Below, piece by piece: positions 25,333 through 39,235 of a stretch of 64,000 nt of DNA. This stretch comes from Octopus vulgaris. Its lineage: Eukaryota. The translations under genes were made by a program, and so were the position numbers. The first letter of the stretch is position 1, and the number at the start of each line of letters is the position of its first letter. The DNA lies in NCBI GenBank assembly GCA_951406725.2, contig OX597817.1, forward strand, positions 48,856,001-48,920,000, in the 5' to 3' direction. The notes under the pieces were generated by a model, which was given only the letters and a program-made list of their open reading frames with translations, had not been told where the DNA came from and ran no database searches.

Positions 25333-28300
25333 TTACTGCCTGAAATCAAACTTGGAATCTTGGGGTTAGTAGCCCGCGCTCTTAATCACTATGCCATATG
25401 CCCATGGGCAATTATGGAGTGAATTTTAGGGCTTATATATCTAATATTCTCCTATCCTTCCTGAATACTGGTTCCCATATGTTGTTCATATCTGCACTCG
25501 GTTTGCTTAGGAGGTTGTTGTGTCCTAGCATGTGCTGCTTCATTAGTTTTGGGATTTTCCAGTGGTGTTCTCTGTCTATTATTTTAACTTCATCCCACAG
25601 GGGAAGAAGTCTCCATTTTTCCATACATGATCACCTATACCCGATTTATCAATATCTCCCCGTGTCACAGCTTTGCGATGTTCCTCTACTCTTATTTTGA
25701 GGGGGCGGCTTGTTTCACCTTTGTATAACCTACCACAGCTGCATGGGATGAAGTAGACGCAGTTCTTGGTCATATTCTCTTCTACTGGTGGTTTTACTGG
25801 AAGGAGATATTTGCGAAGTGTTGTATTAATCTTGAATACTGTCCTGATGTCATATGGGCCACATATCTTTTGTATCTTTTCAGAGAGGCCTTTCACATAG
25901 GGTAGACAGACTGTGGACAGCTTATCAGTTTCATCCTCTCTTTTCTTCATAATTGAAGTGGAGAGTATGCTTTTGGGATAGTTGTTGCTTAATAGATTGT
26001 TACTGAGCTTGATAATTTCTTTGAGGTGGGTATCACAATTGCTACTTATATTCTTTGCTCGATGTTTTAGGCACTGAGCAATCCCTCTCTTTACACTGTA
26101 TGGATGGTGGGAGTTGAGTATCATCCAGTGAAGGTCAGCTTGCAGTATATGGATGTCCTGAATCCGTACTTGATGCATGTTATTAATATGTCCAGGAATG
26201 CCAACTGATTGTCTTTTTCTTTTTTGATTGTGAACTGTATAGATGGCTTTATTGAGTTCACATGATCTAACAGCACTTGGACATCTTCCTGGTGGAGCCA
26301 GAGTATGAAGGTGTCATTGGTTGGGTGGTTTGACAGGAGCTGGTGAGCCAGTGGACTATACTAAACTCTAGTGACTCCTTTAGCATGGTTTCTAGAGCTT
26401 GAAGCCCTTCCTAATATCAACCACTTTAGTGTGTACTGAGTACATTTAACGTGGTACTAGCACATGTGAGGTTACCCAGTAGCTTGCCAGGCTTCCATGC
26501 ACTTTCCTTCTATTTTACCAAATTCACTGACAAAGCATTGGTTGGCTCGGGACTATAATAGAATGCACTTGTCCAAAGTGCCATATGTGGAGGCACATGG
26601 CCAAGTGATTAGAGCAGCGGATTCGTGGTCGAGGGATCGCGGGTTCGAATCTCAGACTGGGCAATGTGTGTGTTTATGAGTGAAACACCTAAGCTCCACG
26701 CGGCTCCGGCAGAAAGTAATGGCGAACTTCTGCTGACTCTTTTGCCACAACTTTCTCTCACTCATTCCTCCTGCATCTTGCAGCTCACCTGCGACGGATT
26801 GGCGTCCTGTCCAGGTGGGGAACCTATACGCCAAGGAAACCGGGAAACCAGCCCTTATGAGCCAGGCATGGCTCGAGAAGGAACAAATAAACAAAGTGCC
26901 ATAAAGTGAGATTGAACCCGAAGCCAATTGGTTGCAAAGCAACCTTATTCACCACACAGCCATGCCTGCACTATTCAACATGCAGCGGCAATAAAAATAA
27001 TGTAATAGGTCTATAAAAAAATGTCACTTTTCATTTTTATAGCAATTGTCTTTTAAGAATACTGAACCAAGGTTTTAAAAGTGTCAAGGCAAGTTTAAAA
27101 GAGAAAAAAGCTATAAAAAATTATTTATTTAGAATTTAAACTGTCCTGTATTTCTTTTTGAAAGAAGACAGAGTTTATATTGTATATTTTGTTGTCAAAT
27201 ATGTTTTTCAGATATTCTATATAGTTTAATAACTGGCGGCTTAAAATATCTAGCAATGTAGGCCATAGTCTAGTCATCCGTATAGTTAACCAGATGATAC
27301 ATGAAAGAGTCATACCCAATGAGTGGTGTAGCAGCACCATAGTCAACTGCTACAAAGGTAAAGATGATGCGTTCGACAGAATAATTACAGAAGTATCAAA
27401 TTGTTGGATTAGTTGATGAAAGTTATGGAGAGTGTCATAGGCCAACTAATTAGGGAGGGAGCTAGTTTAGAAGAGATGCAGTTTGGGTTTGTGTCAGGGA
27501 GAAGCACCACTGATGCAGTATTTCTGATAAGACAGCTGCAGGAGAAATTCCTAGCCAAAGGTAAACCTCTGTACTTGGCTTTCGTTGACATGAAGAAAGC
27601 CTTTGACAGGGTCCCCTGATCCTGTATTTGGTGGTCAATGCAGAAACTTGGGACAAATGAGTGGTTAGAGCTGTACATGGATGCTGTCAATAAGGTGAAG
27701 GTTGGCAACAAGTATACTGAAGAATTTCAGGTAGGGGTCCACCAAGGATCTGTCTTCAGCCCCATCTTATTTATCATAGTCCTCCAGACAATAACAGAGG
27801 AACTCAAGACAGGATACCCCTTGGAGATCCTCTATGCTGATGACCTTGCTCTTATAGCTGAGTCACTACCAGAACTAGAGGAGGAGTTTCAGGTGTGGAA
27901 GCAAGGTCTACAATCAAAGGGACTTATAGTCAATCTAGCAAAAACCAAAGTCATAGTAAGTAGAAAGGCAGACAAATCACAAATCCCTTTATATAGCTGG
28001 CCCGGCTTGATATGTAGAAAAGGCAGAGGTAGAAACTCCATAAGATGTACCCAGTGTAATCTGTGGACACATAGGAGGTGCAGCAATACGAAAGAAAGGC
28101 TTACTGGGAAGATAGTTTTTGTGTGTGGTAGATGCACAGGGGCAATAAACACTGAAAATGTGCAGAAAACAGCTTCCATCACATGCCAGGAGGAAAAAAA
28201 CTAGAAGTAGTTGATAGCTTCCATTGCCTAGGTGACCAAGTCAGTAGCAAGGGTGGATGCTCTGAGAGCATAGCTGCTAGAATAAGAACAGCTTGGGTAA

Positions 28301-31300
28301 AGTTTAGAGAGCTCCTACCTCTGCTGGTAACAAAGGGCCTCTCACTCAGAGTGAAAGGTAGACTGTAAGATGCATGTGTGCGAACAGCCATGCTACACAG
28401 CAGTGAAACATGGGCCGTGACTGCAGAGGATATGCATAAGTTTGCAAGAAATGAAGCTAGTATGCTCTGCTGGATGTGTAATGTCAGTGTGCATACACAA
28501 CAGAGTATAAGTGCCCTGAGAGAAAAGTTGGACATAAGAAGTATCAGATGTGGTGTGCAAAAGAGATGACTGTGCTGGTATGGTCATGTGTTACATATGG
28601 ATGAGGAAAATGTGTGAAGAAGTGTCACACCCTAACAATGCCGGGAACCTGTGGAAGAGGTAAACACAAGAAGACCTGGGATGAAGTGGTGAAGTACGAC
28701 CTTCGAACGTTGGGCATCACAGAGGTAATGACAAGTGACTGAGACCTTTGGAGATATGCTGTGCTTGACAAGATCTGGCAAACCAAGTGAGACTATAGCT
28801 GTGGCCTCTGCCAGTGTCGCATAACTGGCCCTTTTAAGAGCACCCTTCAATCGTTGGACAATATGCTGTGCTTGAGAAGAACTGTTGAGTCAAGCAAAAT
28901 CATTGTCATGGCTGATACCAGTACTGCTTGACTGACACCCAGGCTGGTGGCACATAAAAAGTACCATTCAAGCATGGTCAATACCAGTGCCATCAGACTG
29001 ACTCCTTTGCTGGTGGCACATAAAAGCACCATATGAGCATGGCCAATGCCAGTGCTGCCTGAGTGGTTCCCATGCCAGTGGCATGTAAAAAGCACCATAG
29101 GAACGTGGTCATTTCCAGTGCCACCTGACTGACTCCTGTGCTGGTGGCACATAAAAATCACCATTCAAGTGTGGTCATTACCACTTCCACCTGACTAGCT
29201 CTTGTGCCAGTGGAATGTAAAAAACATCCACAACACTCTCAGGTTGGCATTAGGAAGGGCATACAACTGTAGAAACCTTGTTAGATCAGAATGGAGCCTG
29301 GTGCCACCCGTTTTGCCAATCCTCAGTCAAACCATCCAACCCATGCCAGCATGGAAAGCAGACGTTAAACAATGATGATGATGATGAATATTCTATGGAT
29401 TTCTCAAGTTGTTATTTATTGCTTAAAAATGCAAACCAGGTTTTTGATAACTCTTGAGTTAATAAATAGTTAATATCTAATAAATATACTTATTTTCCTT
29501 GGTAGTTATTTTAGTATTTTCAAAAGCTACAAATCCTTGGAAAATTGCTAGAAATTATAGCATACTGATTTGTCAGCAATTAAGAAGATAATTATTTTTT
29601 GGACAGACTTCTAGTTAATTGGTTTCTATTAAAATAAAAGGATGATTGCTGTTAGTTTACTGTGATAAATCATTTCAAATGATTGAATGGGTGCAAATTC
29701 GGCTGTGTGGTAAGAAGCTTGTTCCTCAGTTACAGAGCTTGTAGCTCAGTCCCACTGTGCGGCTTCATAGCAAAGAGTCTTCCAGTATAGCTCCAGACCG
29801 AATAAAGCTTATTGAGTGGATTTGTTGGATAAAAACTAAATGAAGCTTGTTGTGTGTATGTGTGGATATATATATTTCTAAGTCTTGATTTCACTATATG
29901 GTTGTAAATGAGCATCACCGTCATACAAGCAGCTTGTGCATTTTCAGAATGTAATAGATGTTTCTGACCAGCTATCAAAGCAAACCCAAACTTGGTTCAT
30001 TAAAACCTTACCGCCATTGTAGTTTCCATAAAGATTCGGCCTTTACTGGAAAATAATTTTATATGAAATACTATTGGGTTGTCCAGAAAGTCCGTGCCAA
30101 TTTTCAAAGGAAAGAAAAAGGTCAATAAATACTTGCTATTACATTTTAAATCAACCAAATATGAACCATTTTGTTGCACAATGAGTCTCCATCTTTCCTT
30201 TAACTTGAAAATACCCTCTTCCCAGAATTGAGGTGACTTCATGGCAAAGAATTCATCAAGGTATCTTTTTACGTCATCCAAGGAATTGAAATTTTTACCA
30301 TTAGGACTATTCTGCAGAGACCTCAATAAGTGGAAATCCGAAGGAGCAATATCTGGTGAATATGGAGGATGGGGTAACATATCCCAGCTGAGCTGCAGCA
30401 ATTTTTGTCTGGTTTCCAAAGCATCAAGTGCCGAAAATGAACTTTCTTATTTTCCATTTTAAAGGGTTACAGAATTTATACAGGTTATAGGAACATAAAT
30501 CTTCTTCCACGAAAAGGTAGCTTAAACTGTGCTCTAAATGGAGGTGTAGTAAAATCTTATTTTATGGACTCAACCATGTTCTAAAATAAGTCGAAAGGTA
30601 GGCTACTATAAATCGGCACGAACTTTCCGGACAACCCAATATTTAATAACTATAAAATATTTGATACTCACTCGTCACTTTTTGATGGGTCAACAAAAAC
30701 ATTAAGAAACTGACCACCGACTATGTATCCTATTGCAGGACCCAAGGTTGAAAAGAACATCATTATACCTTGTAATAAAGAAAGCAAAGGAAAATATGTA
30801 GAAATAAACACTGCAATGAATATTTATTTGTAATTTAGTAAAAAAGGGCAACAATCTTGAAGGATGGAGCTAGTTGATAACATCGATGGCCCCCAGAACT
30901 TCAACTGGTATTTTATTTAATTAATCTCAAATAGATAATAGGTGAAATTGACCTCAGAGGGTGCAAATACAATGCATTTTGCCCAACATCCTAAGACAAT
31001 TTATTTGTAATCACTACTATTAGTAATAACATTATTATACCAACAGTTGTATAATTATATAGAATAAAGCAGTGCTTTTCAACCTTTTTGCTGGAGCAGA
31101 ACCCCAAGAAAACATTTCACTGGCTCGAGGAACCCCTATGCAATAATTTAATTGTCTTATGCACACATATCTGCACAGGAGAATTAAAAATTACTGTCGA
31201 TTTTAGCATATTTGTACTTCTTGCGGAACCCCTGGACTGTAATGGCAGAACCCTGGTTGAAAACCACTGGAATAAAGGTAAGCACTGGTGTGGATGTGTG

Positions 31301-32859
31301 GTAAGAGGTTTGCTTCTCAGCCACAGGATTCTGGGTGGATACTCTTCCTAATGCCAACCACTTTACAGAGTGAGTTGGGTGCTTGTACGTGGCACAGGAG
31401 CTTTTACATGGCACTGACACAGTTGCTTTTATGTGACATCAGCACAGATGCCTTCTACATGGTACCAGCATAGGTGCTTTCTATATGGCACCGGCACATG
31501 TGCTTTCAATGTGACACTGGTGTGGGTGCTTTTTACACAGGACCAGTACAGGTGCTTCTACTATGTGGCACCAGTATAGGTGTTTCTACTGTACCATTGT
31601 TAGGAGAAAAAGATTTTACTGCTTCAAAGCATGCATTATAAGCTCAATTTTGCATACAACCCCGGGTAATTCTTTGAGATTTTACATCTAGGTGTAAAAA
31701 AGCTATCTCAATAAATTCCTTTTGACCCATGCAAGCATGGATGCTAAATGATGCTGATTATAATTAACTGAACCAGAATACATTTTCAATATCCTTTATA
31801 AGGTTTATTTATTTTATTTTCTTATTTTTTATTTCATCTAGTTTCAGCTCACGATCTGTAGCCATGCTGGGGCACCGCCATTTGGTGTTGCTACATGATT
31901 TTACTTCACGAATGCTTTTTAGCAATTGACATTTGTTGCATGAGAGAGTTTGATGCAGCTTCCCTCATCTGCACTTCCTGCTGCGAAGTTGGCTCATCTG
32001 GGACACCTGACAGGAAGAGGTCCAGCTTTATTTTGAAGACACCTACATCCACCCCATGCAGGTCTCTCATGTTCTTCGGGAGGATATTGAAGAGCTGTGG
32101 ACCTCTGAAGCCCAGGCTATTGCAGTATCGTGTCCTACATCTTGATGGTTTGTAGATATTGTAGCTATCGAAGATTTTAAAAAATACAACAATGACACCT
32201 TATGAACGAATTTGGTAGACAGAAACTGAATGCAGCCTATCAGACTGCTGAAATCTACAAGTTTTTTCATTCTCTCTCTATTTTCTCTTTTTCTTTTCTG
32301 TTGAAGAATGTAGGCGTCAAACTAATACACTTGCTTCTTGTTCCTACATCTGTCTTTGCCTTTTGTTTTTCTATAAATTTCAGCTATATATACGTATTAA
32401 GTTGAGAATACAGATTTAGTGGTAAAACAGTTTGATGTCTATTTCTAGCATACAAGGAATCCATATAGTGATCTCTCATATTGTTGATATATATATATAT
32501 ATACATACATATATATATATGGGAAGGTGCATGGCTCAGTGGTTAGAGCATTGAGCTTACAATTGTGAGGTTGTGAGTTCGATTCCCGGACTGGGCTGCA
32601 TGTTGTGTTCTTGAGCAAGAAATTTTATTTCACGTTGCTCAAGTTAACTCAGCTGTAGAAATGAGTTGCGACATCACTGGTACTAAGCTCAATCGGCCTT
32701 TGCCTTTCCCTTGGATAACATCAGTGGTGTGGAGAGGGGAGGCTGGTATGTATGGGCGACTGCTGGCCTTCCACAAACAACCTTGCCCAGACTTGTGCCT
32801 CGGAGGGTAACTTTCTAGGTGAAATTCCATGGTCATTCATGACCGAAGGGAGTCTCCTC

Positions 32860-32902
<43 letters not shown>

Positions 32903-33528
32903 CTGAAAGGTGGTTAAGAGTTCATACAATTAAAAAATTGTGGTAAAAAAAGTAAAGTTAAAAAAGGCACAAAAATATATTTTAGAAAATGTTTTATATC
33001 TTTGTTATAGTGAGTGATTTAAAATTTAACCGGTTTCGATGTATTCATTTAATCAAATATTAAAAAGAATTTTTTTAGGAAATCAAGCAGAAAAAAATTG
33101 GTGGGGGGGTTAACAGTTTGTAGCCATGTGCAAAGAGTCATTTCTTATATATCATCATCATCATCGCTTAACGTCCGTTCTCCATGCTAGCATGGGTTGG
33201 ACGGTTCGATCGGGGATCTGGGAAGCCAGAAGGCTGCACCAGGCTCCAGTCTTATCTGGCAATGTTTCTACAGCTGGATGCCCTTCCTAACGCCAACCAC
33301 TCCGTGAGTGTAGTGGGTGCTTTTTACGTGCCACCTGCACAGGTGCCAGGCGAGGCTGGCAACGGCCATGGTCGGATTGGTGTATTTTATGTGCCACCGA
33401 CACGGAAGCCAGTCGAGGCGGCGCTGGCATCGGCCACGAGTCGGATAGTGCTTTTTACGTACCACCAGACCAGGGATCCTGGCTGGTTCAATCCGATTTC
33501 GATTTCGCTTGCCCCAACATGTCTTTGC

Positions 33529-33563
<35 letters not shown>

Positions 33564-34563
33564 TGGGTATGTAGGTTTGAAGTGGGATTCAAGAATTCAA
33601 GTTTCATAAATTTTATTGAAAAGAAGTCTTTTGAATTGAATACGAAGCTTCAATTGACTACAAGAGTGGTCAACTGTGTGTGTTTGTGTGTGTGTGTGTG
33701 TATGTAATTTTAGAATGTTCAGTAATCCATTGCCACATTGCGGTTCACCTATTGCACACTCAGTACATCGTGGTTCATCTGTCATGCACTCAGCACATTG
33801 CGGTTCACCTATCGCACACTCAGCATATTGCAGTTCACCTATTGCACACTCAGCATATTGCAGTTCCCCTATTGCACACTCAGCACATCGCGGTTCACCT
33901 ATCGTGCACTCAACACATCGCGGTTCACCTATTGTGCACTCAGCACATCGCGGTTCACCTATTGTGCACTCAGCACATCGCGGTTCACCTATCGCACTCT
34001 CACCACATCACAATTCACCTATCGCATACACAGTACATTGTGGTTCATCTATTACGCTTCAGCACATCACGATTCACCTATCGCATACTCACTACATTGC
34101 GCTTCATCTATCATGTTCTCAGCACATTGTGGTTCACCTATCAACCACTCAGTACATCGCAGATTTTCCCAACTAATATATATAAATTTATATTGTAGAC
34201 TCCTCAGTATATTGCGGGTTTCTGCAACTAATAAGTATTTATATTTTTTAGATTTTAATTATTTCTGCGGGAGGTTTTGGAACATAACACCCGCAAAGAT
34301 AGATACTGTACTGTCAAAACATTTTTCTATTTTCTCTTTTTCTATTGAGAAAATATGGCCAGTGGTCAGTGGCTTCTTTTAAGGATGGACATTCCAAGGA
34401 TTTGGAAGGAATTATTTCTGGTGTGTGTGTGTGTGAGTGTGCATGTATGTTTAGTGTATGTGTGTTTTTGTTTTTTGGAAATATGTTTTGCATATTGTGG
34501 TGGGTGTGTATATGTTTTTGTTTTTTTGGTGGAGGGAATGTTTTGTTTGTATGTGTGTGTGTG

Positions 34564-34600
<37 letters not shown>

Positions 34601-34813
34601 ATCGTGGTGTGTGTATTATATTGTGGTGTGTGCTTGGTTTTATGAGAATGTTTTGTGTGTGTGCGTGTGTGTGCATGCGTGTGTGATGTGCATGTGCTAT
34701 TGTGGTGTGTGTGTTATATTGTGGTCTGTGTGTTATATTTGGCTTTATGGGAACGTTTTGTGTGTTTGTGTGTGTGTGTGTGTGTGTGTATGTGTGTGTG
34801 TATGTGTGTATGT

Positions 34814-34854
<41 letters not shown>

Positions 34855-35479
34855 TGTATGTGTGTGTGATGTGCATGTGCTATTGTGGTCTGTGTGTTAT
34901 ATTTGGCTTTATGGGAATGTTTTGTGTGTGTGTGTGCGTGCAACGAGTTCATATTTATTGATAATGGTGGGTATTTCAATATTTAGCTGTAGCTTATATT
35001 TGATGAATTGTTTTCCTTTTTTTTATCTCACAATTTGCAATTTCCCACACATTGCAAACTGTATGAGAATGGCCTTTATTTATATGTATGTAATATATAT
35101 ATATATATATAATAATTATTTGAGGGAATATTATTCCTAACTTACAGGGAAAAATTCAATTTAGAAATACTAAATCAAATTTCACAAAATATATAACATA
35201 TATATAAATATTAGAAAAAAAACACCTTTTATCAATTCAAAATGAACAATCAAATTACACCATCTAGAAAATTACATATAATAGAAATATTAAAATTAAA
35301 ATAACAATAATATACCGATGATTACGTAAATTGCAAAATAATTTATTATTATTTTATTATTATTATTATTTTGCAATTTAGTTAATCATCGGTATATTAT
35401 TGCTAATTTAATTTTAATATTTCTATTGTATGTAATTTTCTAGATGGTGTAATTTGATAAAAGGTGTTTCTTCCTAATT

Positions 35480-35550
<71 letters not shown>

Positions 35551-36047
35551 GTTTGGAGAGATTATCTGGACAGATACTGTATTAGCTCTCAGTTAAGTTT
35601 CAGTTAATGGCTAACCCTAATGGTTAGTATCTAAAGTCTGTGACTACAATTAGTTGTTAGTCACTCCATGAATTCTTCCAATTTGTAATGATTATAAAAT
35701 AAATTTGTGGATGTCCCAGTCTCTATACTGTTTATTATTATTAATATATATGTGTATATATCTATATATCTATATCTCTTTCTCTCTCTCTCGCTCACTA
35801 ATATGTATATGTTATCTGGGAGATTTTTCTTACATTAGAAGAAATAGCTAGTTTCTTTGGCTGCTATTTCTAAATTTCGGTATGTGGTGAAGCAAATTTT
35901 TTTGATGAACCCTAATTATAATTATACTCTTAATTATAAAAAATATTGTTTAAGTTTAATGATAATGGTAATACTACTTGCTGAATAATACTTGGGAGAA
36001 TTATTAATTACTAATTAATTAATTAATTTTACCCTTTATTATTATAG

Positions 36048-36094
<47 letters not shown>

Positions 36095-39000
36095 TCGTCA
36101 TCATTGTTGTTTAACGTCTGCTTTCCATGCTGGCATGGGTTGGACGGTTTCACAGAGGACTGGCAAGCTGGAAGGCCGTACCAGGCTCCAATCTGATCTG
36201 GCAAGGTTTCTACAGCTGTATGCCATTCCTAATGCCAACCACTCTGAGAGTGTAGTAGATGCTTTTTATGTGCCACCGGCATGAGGGCCAGTCAGGCAGT
36301 ACTGGCATCGACCACACTTGAATGGTGCTTTTTTTTACATGCCACCAGGTCTCCGCAAGCACAGCATATCTAAGGTTTTGGTCACTGGTCATCGCCTCTG
36401 TGAAGCCCAACGTTTGAAGGTCATGCTTCACCACTTCATCCCAGGTCTTCCTGGCTCTATCTTTTCCACAGGTTCTCTCTCTACTGCCATGGTGTGACAC
36501 TTTTTCACGCAGCTGTCCTCATTCATATGTAACACATGACCATACCAGCACAGTCGTCTCTCTTGCACACCACATCTAGTGCTTCTCATGTCCAACTTTT
36601 CTCTCAGGGCACTTACACTGTCCTGTATGCACACTGACATTGCACATCCAGCCAAGCATACTAGCTTCATTTCTTGCAAGCTTATGCATGTCCTCAGCAG
36701 TCATGGCCTATGATTCACTGCTGTGTAGCATGGCTGTTCACACACATGCGTCATATAGTTTACCTTTCACTGAGTGAGAAGCTCTTTGTTATTAGTAGAG
36801 GTAGAAGCTCACTGAACTTTTCCCAGGCTATTCTTATTCTAGCAGCTACACACTCAGAGCATTCAACCCTGCTACTGACTTGGTCACCTTGGTAACGGAA
36901 GCTATCAACTACCTCTAGTTTTCCCTCCTCACATGTGAAGGAACCTGTTTTCTGCACTTGTATTCTTTTACTAGTTTCAGTCATTTTGACTGTGGCTGTG
37001 CTGGAACAGTGCCTTTTAGTTGAAGAAACTGATCCCTGGACTTATTCTTTGTAAGCCTGGTTCTTATTCTATCAATCTCTTTTGCTGAACCTCTAGGTTA
37101 TAAGGACATAAGCACACTATGATCAGTTAATACAGTTCTATATTTAAGTGATGAGGAATTATGTACATTATTTACATTTGACAGATATTTGTCCTCATCT
37201 TGTTTGTTGTCAACACATTTCAGCTGATATACCCTCCAGCCTTCATTAGGTGTCTTGGGGAAATTTCGAACCTGGGTTCTCATTCCTAAGGTATTTTTCG
37301 ATGTTGTTGTTGTTATTATTATTATCATTATTATTCAGGTCACTGCCTTGAATGAATCTCAGAATCATGGAGTTAGTAGCCCACACTCTTAACCACTACA
37401 CTAAGTTATGGGGGAGATAAACACATCAACATCGATTGTCAAGCAATGATGGTGGAGACAAACACACACATATACGATGGGCTACTTTCAGTTTCCGTCT
37501 ATCTAATCCACCAACAAGGCTTTGGTCAGCCCAAGGCTATAGCAGAAGACTCTTGCCCAAGGAACCACGCAGTAGGACTGAGTTCAGAACCATGTGGTTG
37601 GTAAGCAAGCTACTTACCACAACCACACCTGTTCCTATACATATAAAATCACTTAACAACCATGTTTCATGGGTTGGACAGTTTGACAGGACCCAGTGAG
37701 CTCAGGTCTGCATTGTATGCATTGTATGCTGTTTCCTTTCTTCCTTCTCTTCTTTCTTTCCTCTTCTTTCTTTCCTTCCTTCCCTTCTTTCCCCTTCCTT
37801 CCTTCATTCTTTCGGCTAGGTAACCATGTACCTCATCTACAGCAAGACACCTTTTTCTCTCTCTCACTCCAACCATTCATCACCTTACACAAGATCACCT
37901 CCTCCGATGACACCCCCCTTCCCACCTCACAAAGATTCCTTGTCTTGCAAAATTATTTGGTGACCCTACCAGTGCAGACGCAACTTAAAATGCATCTAAT
38001 TCATACTATAGAGTGGTTGGCATTTGGAAGGGCATCCAGCTGTAAAAACAACACCAAAACTGGCCTTGCCTTTGCAAGTGCCATGTAAAAAGCACCCAGT
38101 CCTTCCGGTGGAGTGGTTGGTGTTAGAAAGGCATCCAGCTGTAAAAACCCTGCCAAAACAGACACGAGACTCTGGCATAGGTTCCTGCCTGGCCAGCTCC
38201 TGTCAAACCATCCAACCCATGCCAGCATGGAAGGCAGACGTTAAACGACGACGATGATAAAATGACAAATAAATAAAGAAGTGAAATATAACCAGTGTGT
38301 ATTCATTATTAGCATAACGAACAACCCATGATACTTCCCACTGACATCAAGATCTTTGCGAACCAAATACAAAAATTAAATTGTTATTGATAGTAAATAA
38401 GTTGGAAATAAATCCAGGTGGTTTACTCACCTATATAAAATGGTGTTTTAATAGGTTTTACAATGTCATCCACCACAGTAATTCCAAGTGAATAAAGAAT
38501 ACTCCCACCTACACTGTGAAATATTTGCCCTAAGAGAAACACTCCAAGATATTCCTGTAAACTCTTGTTGTGTTCGTCCCTGCAAGAAGCGGCTCCATTT
38601 GAGGTTTCTGTTGGAAAAAAATAAAAGTATATAAACATCCCTAAGAATTTGATAATTTTTTATTGGTTGTTTCATTTATTAGACTATGGCCTTGCTGGGA
38701 CACTGCCTTGAATGGTTTTAAGCTGTATAAATTGACACTATTAATTAAAAAAGGATTAATCGTGGCAGAAGCAGTGTTAGTACCAAATGGCAACCTCTAT
38801 CAGCAACTTAATGTGGATATTGTGTTACAATACAGAATATTACGTTATTTACCTTAAGAGGATCTCTCATATGGATTAATGGTGCATAAAAACACTCAGA
38901 TTTATATCATTGACAGACAAGAACCGTCTGCTACAGCTGCTGTAACTTCCAGATCATGTGATTACACCCCCTTTTTTTTTGGCTCCTCAGTGACAGATGT

Positions 39001-39181
39001 CTAGTAATACAGTTTTATATTTGAGAAATGAGGAATTATGTACATTATTTACATTTTGCGGATATTTGTCCTCATCTTGTTTGTTGTTAACACAACATTT
39101 CGGCTGATATACCCTCCAGCCTTCATCAGGTGTCTTGGGGAAATTTCGAACATGGGTTCTCATTTCTAAGGTATTTTTCGA

Positions 39182-39235
<54 letters not shown>

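Noticed and set aside
27834-27845. CTGATGA as a hammerhead core (also at 12650 and 59732)
   Set aside because: At 27834 it is the YADD codons of the RT. The others lack a properly placed stem II, GAAA and stem I.
33022-33062. Possible hammerhead (minus strand cGAAACCGGTT)
   Set aside because: The 5' core is too degenerate (TTGATTA) and the stems too weak to support a call.
33733-34160. CRISPR-like array
   Set aside because: Head-to-tail repeats with no unique spacers, eukaryotic context and no cas genes.
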